DNA from: a virus
Taxonomy: Duplodnaviria; Caudoviricetes
Direction: 5' to 3' (one strand)
DNA: 64,000 bases
Virus record (IMG/VR): IMGVR_UViG_3300032218_003260
The translations under genes and the position numbers were made by a program. This document shows, piece by piece, positions 19,901 to 26,678 of the stretch. The notes beneath the pieces were generated by a model that was not told where the DNA came from, did no database searches, and saw only the letters and a program-made list of their open reading frames with translations. Position 1 is the stretch's first letter; every line of letters starts with the position of its first letter.

Positions 19901-20725
19901 ATTTTCGCCTGCAACTGTGGGCTTATCACTGGCCGGCTGCTCGATATAGACCTCTTTGGTGTCCGCTTTCTTGGATAATTTCCTGTAAATATCGAGGGCT
20001 ACAGAGTTTACAGCCGATTGTTTGTAAGTTGTCATGGGAGGTTTATTTGCAAAGGCTGCGTTAATGGGGGATTGGCTTGCGGTACCGGTGACATGGGGCA
20101 AAAACCCGACAACTCCACCAACACCAAGGTTCATGACACCGTTTGCGACTCCGATACCCTTCTCTAATGTCTCGGTAGGGAGTTCGCCATGTTGTTTTAC
20201 ATAGCGCTGCGTCTGATTCTGAAGCTGCTGGACGTCTTTATACGCTCTGGTGGCTTTATTGACGGTACTTTTATTGACGTTGGCGAAAGTCTTGGGGAGT
20301 TTTGAGTTTACAAGCTTATCGGAGAGTTCTAGTTGGCGCGCAGAGAGGACAGCAGCGTTGGGGAGGCGCTTGAGCAGTCTGTATGAGCGCATGGGGTTAA
20401 AAAACAGCACGCTTTCCCTTGCGGCATTCTGAAACAACTGCTGCAACATCGGCGAGCCAACACGTTTTGATAGCATTCCGGCAGCTGCAAGGCCGGCGGT
20501 TGTGCCCAGAGTGCTTAATCCAGCGGCAGCGGCAGTGTCTCGGGCTGCGGCACCGGGAGAAAAGTCGGCTTGCTTGGCCTCTGTGTCAGGTTCTTTGTCT
20601 TTTTTACTGTCAGACGCGTACATGGGGAGTTTCTTTTTGATCGGATACTCGTGCGCCCAGCGTTTGGCAAGCTCTGGATGCTCGGCCCACAGAAACCTAC
20701 GCTGCTTTTCTGACTTAAACGGCAT
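16913..20725 (-). CDS. 1270-aa multidomain polyprotein-like protein: Zn-peptidase, acylphosphatase-like and RelA/SpoT synthetase-like domains
   Basis: N-terminus MPFKSEKQRRFLWAEHP; LAHEIGH...EFDASRRG; GDVQGVNLR; GRVKTPGSI...DLLGFR...GYHGHN...EFQL...HSMVYK; KxA/KxS at the domain junctions. Confidence 0.75.
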   Translation of the reverse strand: MPFKSEKQRRFLWAEHPELAKRWAHEYPIKKKLPMYASDSKKDKEPDTEAKQADFSPGAAARDTAAAAGLSTLGTTAGLAAAGMLSKRVGSPMLQQLFQNAARESVLFFNPMRSYRLLKRLPNAAVLSARQLELSDKLVNSKLPKTFANVNKSTVNKATRAYKDVQQLQNQTQRYVKQHGELPTETLEKGIGVANGVMNLGVGGVVGFLPHVTGTASQSPINAAFANKPPMTTYKQSAVNSVALDIYRKLSKKADTKEVYIEQPASDKPTVAGENPPKVVKTKGERCNSETKPNYGVNTLMAKLSAVLSQPIMQAMENERAEMEAREAARMPANAGIKRYAMPAMGTPLPMGMQAQAPQGQPQAPAAQPANTGSPAPSGQLPPVGGGSSPNANPINSYGALSSTGDITGNAAFGTANSVGGEKMAGLLSSIGRMAGKAVSGVAKKPIAAAARTPFKMPARPTSADLSSYMKNVVNVNDGVPEWQKLQNYQLMRQRIDTQRATGAGQAVTSAPRPAARPVPAPVSQQARPTPVAQPAPTAVPRPSPAPAARPAPSPVMQRPVSPTAAPATPPAAPATTAAPPSIRPVSPADFAARFGKKSAIEAKKKEPAKPGLGHSMGWYLGGMPATNAAIGVPLTAYMNRVARPEMNAVPTLETSQAWQQLSDYAKGQGVDVTDSLNVASKIDPKIAPKTTGNWLGDLMNNIKYRMRRSAADSVRNTPAFYTPANPGMGISKPTIGHSPRMSNPGVLAHEIGHHMGGKWLMRGNQIGRPALGLGTAGALLSNNETNSRNSAIAGTVGAVPMLASEFDASRRGAKLMRQMKLKGGRSAFIGLPTYMLASSAPMLAHYGKKTLGGFKADAAARQVTDKKAGVYRFDGDVQGVNLRKSLHTILDELDHPGIAYNNARTGEARAVLPGNKKKQQAVLDRLRKHLAERENKTPLQEGVHYSITPLKKQREKLHPITMTPDDINTFIATQQFDRLAKETPEYHKQWLKERYRLQPQPDGSIAGAVPTLAKQQLLAGEPVYDYQLKPGWPDAKEKSAGLVSGAMGLGRRLGFKGLSKGMTAARQSFRGPMTTLGNSVPEGILHAERNQALQAGNEFLSSFKPQGFQTYAGRVKTPGSIAGHGTDQVTNDLLGFRLSSSQGYGQPAVDSLTKQLTDAGVQITGSKMLMRPGYHGHNIKGTLKGTPVEFQLSPRRLQGMNAADHSMVYKPQESGVNPTLSKMVYGPAIRYGMTVASPMVPMAKRVGYGAAGVGGLAAGGAGVAYTANR

Positions 20726-20942
20726 TGGCGTAGCTCGAAGGATAGTGAACTCAGCGGAAATCCCGGATAGTTGGAGTTCAAACTAGTCGGAAAAACCTAT
20801 AAGTTGGTCGGCGCGGCTGTTCCAAAGCTGAATACGCCCCCATTTTGGCATACAAGGGCTGAGAAGAAAAGGGCGAAGGCGCGTCTGATACACTAGAAGG
20901 TGGTTTTAAAAATGGACTTGGCGTTTCGACAAGGAGGCCGCC

Positions 20943-21272
20943 ATGAAAGCTCTACGGATTATGTTATTTAGCCTGCTGTGCGTGATCGCTATGGGGCAGG
21001 TTTGCGCTGATACAGTGTTAATGTTTTCCGCTGACTGGTGCAAATACTGCCAGATAGCCAAAAAAGACCTACTGGAAAATAAAGACGAGGTGGCAGAGTG
21101 GAATATCGCGGTGGTCGATACTGATGAGAGCCGAGAAATGGCGGAACAGTATGGCGTAAATAGCCTGCCGACGTTTATCTATCTAAACGACGCCGGGGAA
21201 GAACTAGCCCGGGTGGTTGGCTATAAGGGCTACCGCCAGTTAAAGCGCTGGGTGGAAAAGAATAAGCGCTGA
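20943..21272 (+). CDS. thioredoxin-family protein with signal peptide
   Basis: WCKYC; YGVNSLPTF; AGGAGG RBS. Confidence 0.9.
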   Translation: MKALRIMLFSLLCVIAMGQVCADTVLMFSADWCKYCQIAKKDLLENKDEVAEWNIAVVDTDESREMAEQYGVNSLPTFIYLNDAGEELARVVGYKGYRQLKRWVEKNKR

Positions 21273-21301
21273 TAGCTAAAGAAAAGACGCAGCTTTTCCT
21301 G

Positions 21302-21499
21302 TTATAGGGTCTTTACGGCGCTGAACTGTTTTATCATCTGCATCACATAACTGAGCAGCGCCGAGTTATCTCCCGGAAGCTCAGTTATGACGTGGTGCAT
21401 GATTCCGAGCACGAGTACAAGAGCCTGTCGGTCATGCTCTTTTGACGCGTGCTGTACCGCTTGAAACATCATGACTGTGATGATATCCGCAGGGGTCAT
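21302..21499 (-). CDS. hypothetical protein
   Basis: 65-aa ORF with an AAGGA RBS. Confidence 0.5.
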   Translation of the reverse strand: MTPADIITVMMFQAVQHASKEHDRQALVLVLGIMHHVITELPGDNSALLSYVMQMIKQFSAVKTL

Positions 21500-21514
21500 T
21501 AGGTTCCTTTAGTT

Positions 21515-21562
21515 AAAAAAAAGCGCATGCAGCCCCGGGGCTTGGGCGGCACCCGGGGCTGC
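21515..21562 (-). terminator. intrinsic terminator
   Basis: 11-bp stem GCAGCCCCGGG/CCCGGGGCTGC followed by a U-tract on the minus strand. Confidence 0.8.
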
Positions 21563-21604
21563 AATACGCTTCCGCGCAGCAATGGTTACATTACTGCGCA
21601 CACA

Positions 21605-22264
21605 TCAGGTCGTCGCCGTAGCGAGCGCCGTGGCGGTCTTCACCGCGCGGCGGCCTTTGGAGCCGTTCTTGATCGCCGTGGCGCGAGCCTTGGCGATCTC
21701 CTCCTTGTCCACACCCGCCGTGAAGAGGGTGTAGCAGGTCTCGGCGAGCACGCCGGCGGTGACCGCGCAGGTGAGCACGCTCACGAGCTTGGCCGTACCG
21801 ACCGTCGCGCCAGCAGCGACCGCGAGGCCGCCGATGGTGCTGCCGACCAGCACGCCGCCAGTGACAGCAACGCCGATGGCCGCGGCGCCGCACAGGATCT
21901 TGATGGCGACCGTGTTGAGCTTGATCCAGTCCACATTCTTCGTCGAGACGAGGTTGCGGACATAGGCCAGCGCCAACTTGGCGTCACCAACAGCGCGCTT
22001 CATCTGGGCGCCGATCCAGTTCAGGACGCCGGCGCACCACTCGTAGATCGTGGTGAACACCTTGCCCATGAACTCCCAGACCGCCCGCCCGACCGCCAGC
22101 AGCGAGTCGAGCAGGTTGTCGAGAGAGGAACCGAGACCCTTGCCGGCCGTCTCGCAGAAGCCCGGCTCGCGCCGCGGTGCTCGTGTGATCTTGCCAGTCT
22201 TGGACTTGGCCTTCACACCAGCGTGACCACCGACAGCGGGAGCAGCAGAAACTTGAACCGTCAT
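21605..22264 (-). CDS. hypothetical membrane protein
   Basis: 219 aa with hydrophobic Gly/Ala helices; strongly GC3-rich codons by eye; has its own promoter and terminator. Confidence 0.7.
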   Translation of the reverse strand: MTVQVSAAPAVGGHAGVKAKSKTGKITRAPRREPGFCETAGKGLGSSLDNLLDSLLAVGRAVWEFMGKVFTTIYEWCAGVLNWIGAQMKRAVGDAKLALAYVRNLVSTKNVDWIKLNTVAIKILCGAAAIGVAVTGGVLVGSTIGGLAVAAGATVGTAKLVSVLTCAVTAGVLAETCYTLFTAGVDKEEIAKARATAIKNGSKGRRAVKTATALATATT

Positions 22265-22361
22265 CGCAACCTCTTCTTTCTATAGAGAGGAGTCAAGCTA
22301 CGCCTAACCCGGGTAACATGCGGGGGTATCGACAACACGCCGATACCAGAGAGGGTCACTA

Positions 22362-22390
22362 GATATACCCGGTTTTTCGGGTTTATTTAG
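22362..22390 (-). promoter_or_regulatory. phage promoter motif, copy 2
   Basis: CTAAAT aaacccgaaaaaccggg TATATC. Confidence 0.75.
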
Positions 22391-22393
22391 TTA

Positions 22394-23536
22394 TCAACCA
22401 ATCGACCGGGTTTTGAGAACCAGCTTTTCCTGCGCGGGCCATAACAGCATTTGCTGCATGGTATCCGTGCTGGTGACATCCTTGAGCAGCTTGAGGGCTG
22501 CTGCGGGATTCGCCTGTAGAACCTCGGGAGCTGGCTTCTCTTCTTTGCACGCCCGAGATAGATCGTCATACCGCGTGTACGTATCCCACACCCAATCATC
22601 GCCGTTCTCGGGGTTGTGCTTTTGCAGCTCCCCGGTCACGTAATGATTGGTTTGCACAAGGCCGTGTTTCCTTGTGCGGATGTAGGTATGTTCCCCGGTA
22701 TGTGTTACGACCGCGTGTTCTTTATCTTTTGTACCGACCACGTGCGCGAAGAATGGCACCATGGTTTGCTGCGTACGGAGATGAAAAACAAGCTTCTCGT
22801 AACTTGGCATCTTGTCACAGACTGCTCGGACCCGATGTAAAGCAGGCCACGCTTGAAGCAGGTCTTTAACAGATGCCGCGGTGTTCGTCATGTAGGCAAA
22901 CATCGCACTTAACGACTCCCACCAGCCCGAATCTGTGTCGTCTTCGTCTTCTTCTTCGACGAGTGACTTCACAATCGGAGCTTGGTTGACCACCAGCCCC
23001 CACTGGTCTGACATCGCGCTGACGACGCCCACCATGCCCGCTACGCCTACTGACGTATAGCTTTTGCGGCCACGATGAAAGCGAATCAGCTTGGTGTGCT
23101 TCCCAGTGGAAGGAGGCGTCACCCAGTCCATGTTGCGCACAATGACTGGGCTGGAATTCACATCGAAGCTGGCCGAACTGCAGCCACAACCATACATCTC
23201 AGCGAGAGACGTAAAGTCGTAGATTAAGTTCCCCAGCAGAAGCTTGCCGACAGGAATCTCAGCGTGCTTCGCAATGCACCGGAGTTCCTGCGGATACTCA
23301 AGGTCTGTACCCGTGAGGATCCAGTTCCCGAGTTGTCCGCCGCCGCTTGTCACACTCTTTACGACGCTTTTCATGGTGTCAGAAAGGTGTGGCAAGATTT
23401 CCTCGTCGACATGGGTTTCCACGTCTTCAAGAATGGCCTGAATCGCGTCGCCGTTCTGACGCGCGAATCCGGCCCAGCGTTCGTCTGGCGGGGCATCCAG
23501 ATCGATGTCATGAAGCTTTCCGGTATACAGTTTCAT
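22394..23536 (-). CDS. Ntn-hydrolase, acid ceramidase/NAAA/C45-like
   Basis: IDLDAPPDERW; YGC-G-CSS (Cys nucleophile); RNMDW; QTNHY; start MKLYTGK at 23536. Confidence 0.8.
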   Translation of the reverse strand: MKLYTGKLHDIDLDAPPDERWAGFARQNGDAIQAILEDVETHVDEEILPHLSDTMKSVVKSVTSGGGQLGNWILTGTDLEYPQELRCIAKHAEIPVGKLLLGNLIYDFTSLAEMYGCGCSSASFDVNSSPVIVRNMDWVTPPSTGKHTKLIRFHRGRKSYTSVGVAGMVGVVSAMSDQWGLVVNQAPIVKSLVEEEDEDDTDSGWWESLSAMFAYMTNTAASVKDLLQAWPALHRVRAVCDKMPSYEKLVFHLRTQQTMVPFFAHVVGTKDKEHAVVTHTGEHTYIRTRKHGLVQTNHYVTGELQKHNPENGDDWVWDTYTRYDDLSRACKEEKPAPEVLQANPAAALKLLKDVTSTDTMQQMLLWPAQEKLVLKTRSIG

Positions 23537-23862
23537 GACGTTTTCCTTTCCAGCTTCTCGATCCGCTCGTGCAAGAGGTCGATCGCTTGCTGATGTGCGC
23601 GCGAATGCGCCCAAACGCGTTCACGCCCAGCGGCAAGATCGGTCACAGACTTGCGCAAATTGTCGAGCGCCGCGCTGTTCATCTTGTCGAGTTCCATGAG
23701 CTGGCCGATCATGTTCAGCACTCGGTTCTCGCGCCGCTCGATCTCAGACACGCGATCACGCAGCTCAATGAGACTGTGGATAGTCTTCATCAGGTGCGTG
23801 TGCGTTGCCACGTTGCCGCTCTCCAGCAGAGCAGCAATATCGGTTTCAAACAGCTGACTCAT
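23533..23862 (-). CDS. coiled-coil hypothetical protein
   Basis: Heptad pattern; ATGA overlap with the downstream gene. Confidence 0.65.
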   Translation of the reverse strand: MSQLFETDIAALLESGNVATHTHLMKTIHSLIELRDRVSEIERRENRVLNMIGQLMELDKMNSAALDNLRKSVTDLAAGRERVWAHSRAHQQAIDLLHERIEKLERKTS

Positions 23863-23935
23863 CGGTCATTCTCCTTAGCCGCGCAAAGCGGCAAAAAGAC
23901 ATAGAACACCCCGACACACTACCGGGGTACCAGTA

Positions 23936-23964
23936 AATATGACGCGAATTACGCGTTTATTTAG
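23936..23964 (-). promoter_or_regulatory. phage promoter motif, copy 3
   Basis: CTAAAT aaacgcgtaattcgcgt CATATT. Confidence 0.7.
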
Positions 23965-23980
23965 CCGACGTATTGATAGC

Positions 23981-24023
23981 TAAAAAAAGCGCCCGCAAGT
24001 GGAGGTCATACCTACGGGCGCTT
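23981..24023 (-). terminator. intrinsic terminator
   Basis: AAGCGCCCG/CGGGCGCTT stem plus U-tract. Confidence 0.8.
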
Positions 24024-24026
24024 TGC

Positions 24027-24251
24027 CTACTGGGCCGAGAGAGTTGTCCACTCGCCGTTGTAGGTCTGATCCAGCGGATTGATAATCCGTGGCTTGGCTG
24101 CGTGGGAGACAGGCTTAACCGCATGACTGGGCGCCTGTACGGGCGCCGTCATACGGTGCTGCATGTCACGCCACGCCGGTGACGGTTGGAACTTGTCAGA
24201 GATCCATCCGATCGCCGCCAGCCCGCCAAAGATCATGAGGGCCGTGGTCAT
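24027..24251 (-). CDS. small membrane protein
   Basis: 74 aa; N-terminal TM segment; GGAAGGA RBS. Confidence 0.65.
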   Translation of the reverse strand: MTTALMIFGGLAAIGWISDKFQPSPAWRDMQHRMTAPVQAPSHAVKPVSHAAKPRIINPLDQTYNGEWTTLSAQ

Positions 24252-24317
24252 GCTATTTCCTTCCTTTCAATCGTGACGGGTAAAGCGTAATTTTTGGCTT
24301 ACGCCTATTCGTCACTT

Positions 24318-24346
24318 AATATGACCGGAAATAGCAGCTTATTTAG
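24318..24346 (-). promoter_or_regulatory. phage promoter motif, copy 4
   Basis: CTAAAT aagctgctatttccggt CATATT. Confidence 0.7.
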
Positions 24347-24434
24347 CCCTGAGCCAGATCATGATATCTAAGCCCATGTCTTCGTATTCTTCGTCGTCGT
24401 CTGAGGTAAAGATATGAATAGCGTTGGTGCGCAT
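24339..24434 (-). CDS. 31-aa acidic peptide
   Basis: Not in the ORF track. GGAGG RBS; MRTNAIHIFTSDDDEEYEDMGLDIMIWLRAK; the stop lies inside the promoter motif. Confidence 0.55.
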   Translation of the reverse strand: MRTNAIHIFTSDDDEEYEDMGLDIMIWLRAK

Positions 24435-24532
24435 GTGTACCTCCAGACGACAGGACGTTAAAACGTGTCGCAATTATACGATTTTGATAACACGTCCCGA
24501 AACGTAAAGAAGTTTTGATATGTATTTCTTAC

Positions 24533-24633
24533 AGCTATTTTACGTAACATGTTGATATACAAAGACTTAGGGCAAGCGGGTTTTTCCTGCTTGGCGTAAG
24601 TCTGTGCGCGACAATATGTTACGTTAAATAGCT
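24533..24633. repeat. 101-bp imperfect palindrome containing two inverted 25-bp TAA-N4-YTG-N5-CAA-N4-TTA units with dif-like arms
   Basis: Units at 24545-24569 and 24597-24621. The arm TTACGTTAAAT (24619-24629) differs at one base from the E. coli XerD arm TTATGTTAAAT. Confidence 0.7.
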
Positions 24634-24673
24634 AAAAAAAAGCGCGGTCAGGGTCCGAAGACCACTGCCGCGC
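24634..24673 (-). terminator. intrinsic terminator
   Basis: GCGCGG/CCGCGC stem plus U8 on the minus strand. Confidence 0.7.
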
Positions 24674-24678
24674 AAGAT

Positions 24679-24909
24679 TCAGGTGACAGCCTCAAAGTCG
24701 GCGTCGATCACCGTGTAGCCGTCGAAGTCGTCGTTCAGGATCGCTGCTTCGGCCGGGATGCACTCGCAGACGCCCAGTTCAAGGCCGCAGTGCAGGCAGT
24801 GCTCGATGTCCGTGTCAGGCGGCGCAGTGGCCACAGCAAACACGAACAGCATGTCCCGGTAGTCGTCCACATTGACCTTCACCGCCGGGTTGTTGCGCAG
24901 ACCAGCCAT
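24679..24909 (-). CDS. small acidic protein with CxxC...CxC motif
   Basis: ATG 24909 with AAGGAGG RBS; HCLHCGLELGVCEC. Confidence 0.65.
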   Translation of the reverse strand: MAGLRNNPAVKVNVDDYRDMLFVFAVATAPPDTDIEHCLHCGLELGVCECIPAEAAILNDDFDGYTVIDADFEAVT

Positions 24910-25093
24910 AATCTCGTCCTCCTTGAAGAGAAATAAAACAACCGCCGTCTCGTGGCGGTACACGCTAATGGTCTCTCGCCATTAGACGGCCCCACCTATC
25001 ACCGGGCAGGGGTACGGCGAGGAAGTGCTATAGCTTCATGCGTAAGGCCAGTGCAATACACACTGCCGCGGCAAGAGATATAGGTCCTCAATA

Positions 25094-25122
25094 GATATGC
25101 CGTGTTTTTGGCAGATATTTAG
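25094..25122 (-). promoter_or_regulatory. phage promoter motif, copy 5
   Basis: CTAAAT atctgccaaaaacacgg CATATC. Confidence 0.7.
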
Positions 25123-25138
25123 CTAGGTTCTGATAGCT

Positions 25139-25177
25139 AAAAAAAAGCCGGCAGGGAAGCGCATCCCTACCGGCTTT
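25139..25177 (-). terminator. intrinsic terminator
   Basis: AAGCCGG..AGGGA/TCCCT..CCGGCTT stem plus U8. Confidence 0.8.
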
Positions 25178-25233
25178 GCGAAGTTAACGAGATCCGCGCT
25201 CGTGCCGAAGCGACCAATCGGTCGCCAAGAAAG

Positions 25234-25584
25234 CGTTAGCACAAGAAACGCTCGTGAGGACAGGTATCACTACCTACCTACGCCCTGCAGCCGTTTGTTA
25301 GGTCACGAACAGTCTCGCGTTGTACGGACGCAAAACTATGTTATTTAAAACTAGTCCGGCAGGTCTTTCACCTGCACCACCCGCTCCCCTAGCCATAATG
25401 TAGTGTAGTCGAGTGGAGTCACTTGGAATAGCCAACGAGGCCCGGGCGGGGCATGCCCGCTATTCCGCCATCTACCCTAACGGTTCCTGCAAAACATTTC
25501 ACGAAAGCTGCTCGCCCAGCCCTCTGCATGCACCTAGAGATAGGTTCATACACATGCTTCTCACGAGCGTTTCTTGTGCCAACG
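25234..25584 (-). ncRNA. candidate novel structured RNA of about 350 nt closed by a 25-bp stem
   Basis: Inverted repeat 25234-25258/25560-25584. Its single mismatch is a G-U pair on the minus strand. Many internal stems, no credible ORF, terminator downstream. Confidence 0.65.
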
Positions 25585-25608
25585 TATGGATTCTAGCGGC
25601 CGTGTTGG

Positions 25609-25896
25609 CTACGTCAACGTGTCAATGTAGTGCTGCGTCACGCACACATAACGCGTAACAATTTCTTCGGCCTCACTTCCGGCGCAGCGCTGGTCTAACT
25701 TTTGGACCAACGCACTCATTGCCTTGCGGATATTTAACAGCGCGCGGCGAAGTTGTTTCACTTCGATCTCCGCGTCTGTTTTATACCTCGTCCCGCTCTT
25801 CGTGTTCACCTGCGGTTTCAACGCTGTCTTCTCCTTGTGTACCACTTCCGTCCACCATTGGTTGTTCCAGTTCACTGCCGTCCTCGTCGCTGGCAT
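25609..25896 (-). CDS. hypothetical protein
   Basis: 95-aa ORF; overlaps the upstream ORF. Confidence 0.5.
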   Translation of the reverse strand: MPATRTAVNWNNQWWTEVVHKEKTALKPQVNTKSGTRYKTDAEIEVKQLRRALLNIRKAMSALVQKLDQRCAGSEAEEIVTRYVCVTQHYIDTLT

Positions 25897-26080
25897 CTTG
25901 ACTCACTACTATTAGTAGCGCTTCCTTGAGGGTGTCAATCAGGGTGTTTGCGCAACCATCCACGACTTTACGCAGATGCTCCATCTTGTCAATTGTGTTG
26001 CGCATTTCATCTCTGGTTTTTACCAACGTTTCGGCGAGCTTGAGCAACGCCTTCGCGCCGGCTAATGACAGATCTTCCAC
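25781..26080 (-). CDS. hypothetical coiled-coil protein with acidic tail
   Basis: AGGAG RBS, GTG start. Confidence 0.55.
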   Translation of the reverse strand: MEDLSLAGAKALLKLAETLVKTRDEMRNTIDKMEHLRKVVDGCANTLIDTLKEALLIVVSQDASDEDGSELEQPMVDGSGTQGEDSVETAGEHEERDEV

Positions 26081-26091
26081 GCGGTTCTCCT

Positions 26092-26376
26092 TTATCGAAG
26101 GTCGTCGAACGATTCTTTCAAGCCCACTGCCCGGTCTGCCAAATACCGGGCAACAAGATCCATCACCTGAATGATGCCTTGGTTTTCATGTACTCGCCGG
26201 GCTTCCGTAGGCGAGTAGGCGCCAAAGCATGTGACTTTCAGCTCCATCGGCGAACCAGCGTCAGTCACATCGATCGACTCGATGTGGCCCATCTGGTCAC
26301 CAATCATGCCGTCTTCCAACGCGTGATCACAGGCATCACGCAACGCCTGCACGAACCAGCGGCAGTTCTGATTCAT
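26092..26376 (-). CDS. hypothetical protein
   Basis: ATGA-coupled to the upstream gene. Confidence 0.6.
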   Translation of the reverse strand: MNQNCRWFVQALRDACDHALEDGMIGDQMGHIESIDVTDAGSPMELKVTCFGAYSPTEARRVHENQGIIQVMDLVARYLADRAVGLKESFDDLR

Positions 26377-26654
26377 GACGCCACCTTCTCAGCGGGCTTG
26401 ACGCTGTCCGCCAGCTGGTCGCGCAGCTGGCCCTCAGCCTCGGCCCACTTGTCGAGGATGAGATTGGCGAGCGGGCTGTTGACCTTCAGCAAGAACTCCT
26501 CGATTTCCGGCAACATGCCGGCAAGAGCGAGCAAACGGGGCTCACACTCGCAGTTGTTGCCGACCTCCAGCACACAGTGCCCGACCTCGTCAAACACCCC
26601 GCCGCGGGTGATTCCCGCGCACGAACCAATGCGCCGCAACGTCGTGAAATACAT
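26373..26654 (-). CDS. hypothetical protein
   Basis: AAGGAG RBS. Confidence 0.6.
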   Translation of the reverse strand: MYFTTLRRIGSCAGITRGGVFDEVGHCVLEVGNNCECEPRLLALAGMLPEIEEFLLKVNSPLANLILDKWAEAEGQLRDQLADSVKPAEKVAS

Positions 26655-26678
26655 GTAAAACTCCTTTGAGGGTGAAAG

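Noticed and set aside
25234-25584. Assignment of this RNA, or of 28500-28780, as RNase P, SRP or a group I intron
   Set aside because: The GAGGAAAGUCC/ACAGAA RNase P motifs, the SRP domain IV motif and convincing P7 pairs or flanking exons were not found.
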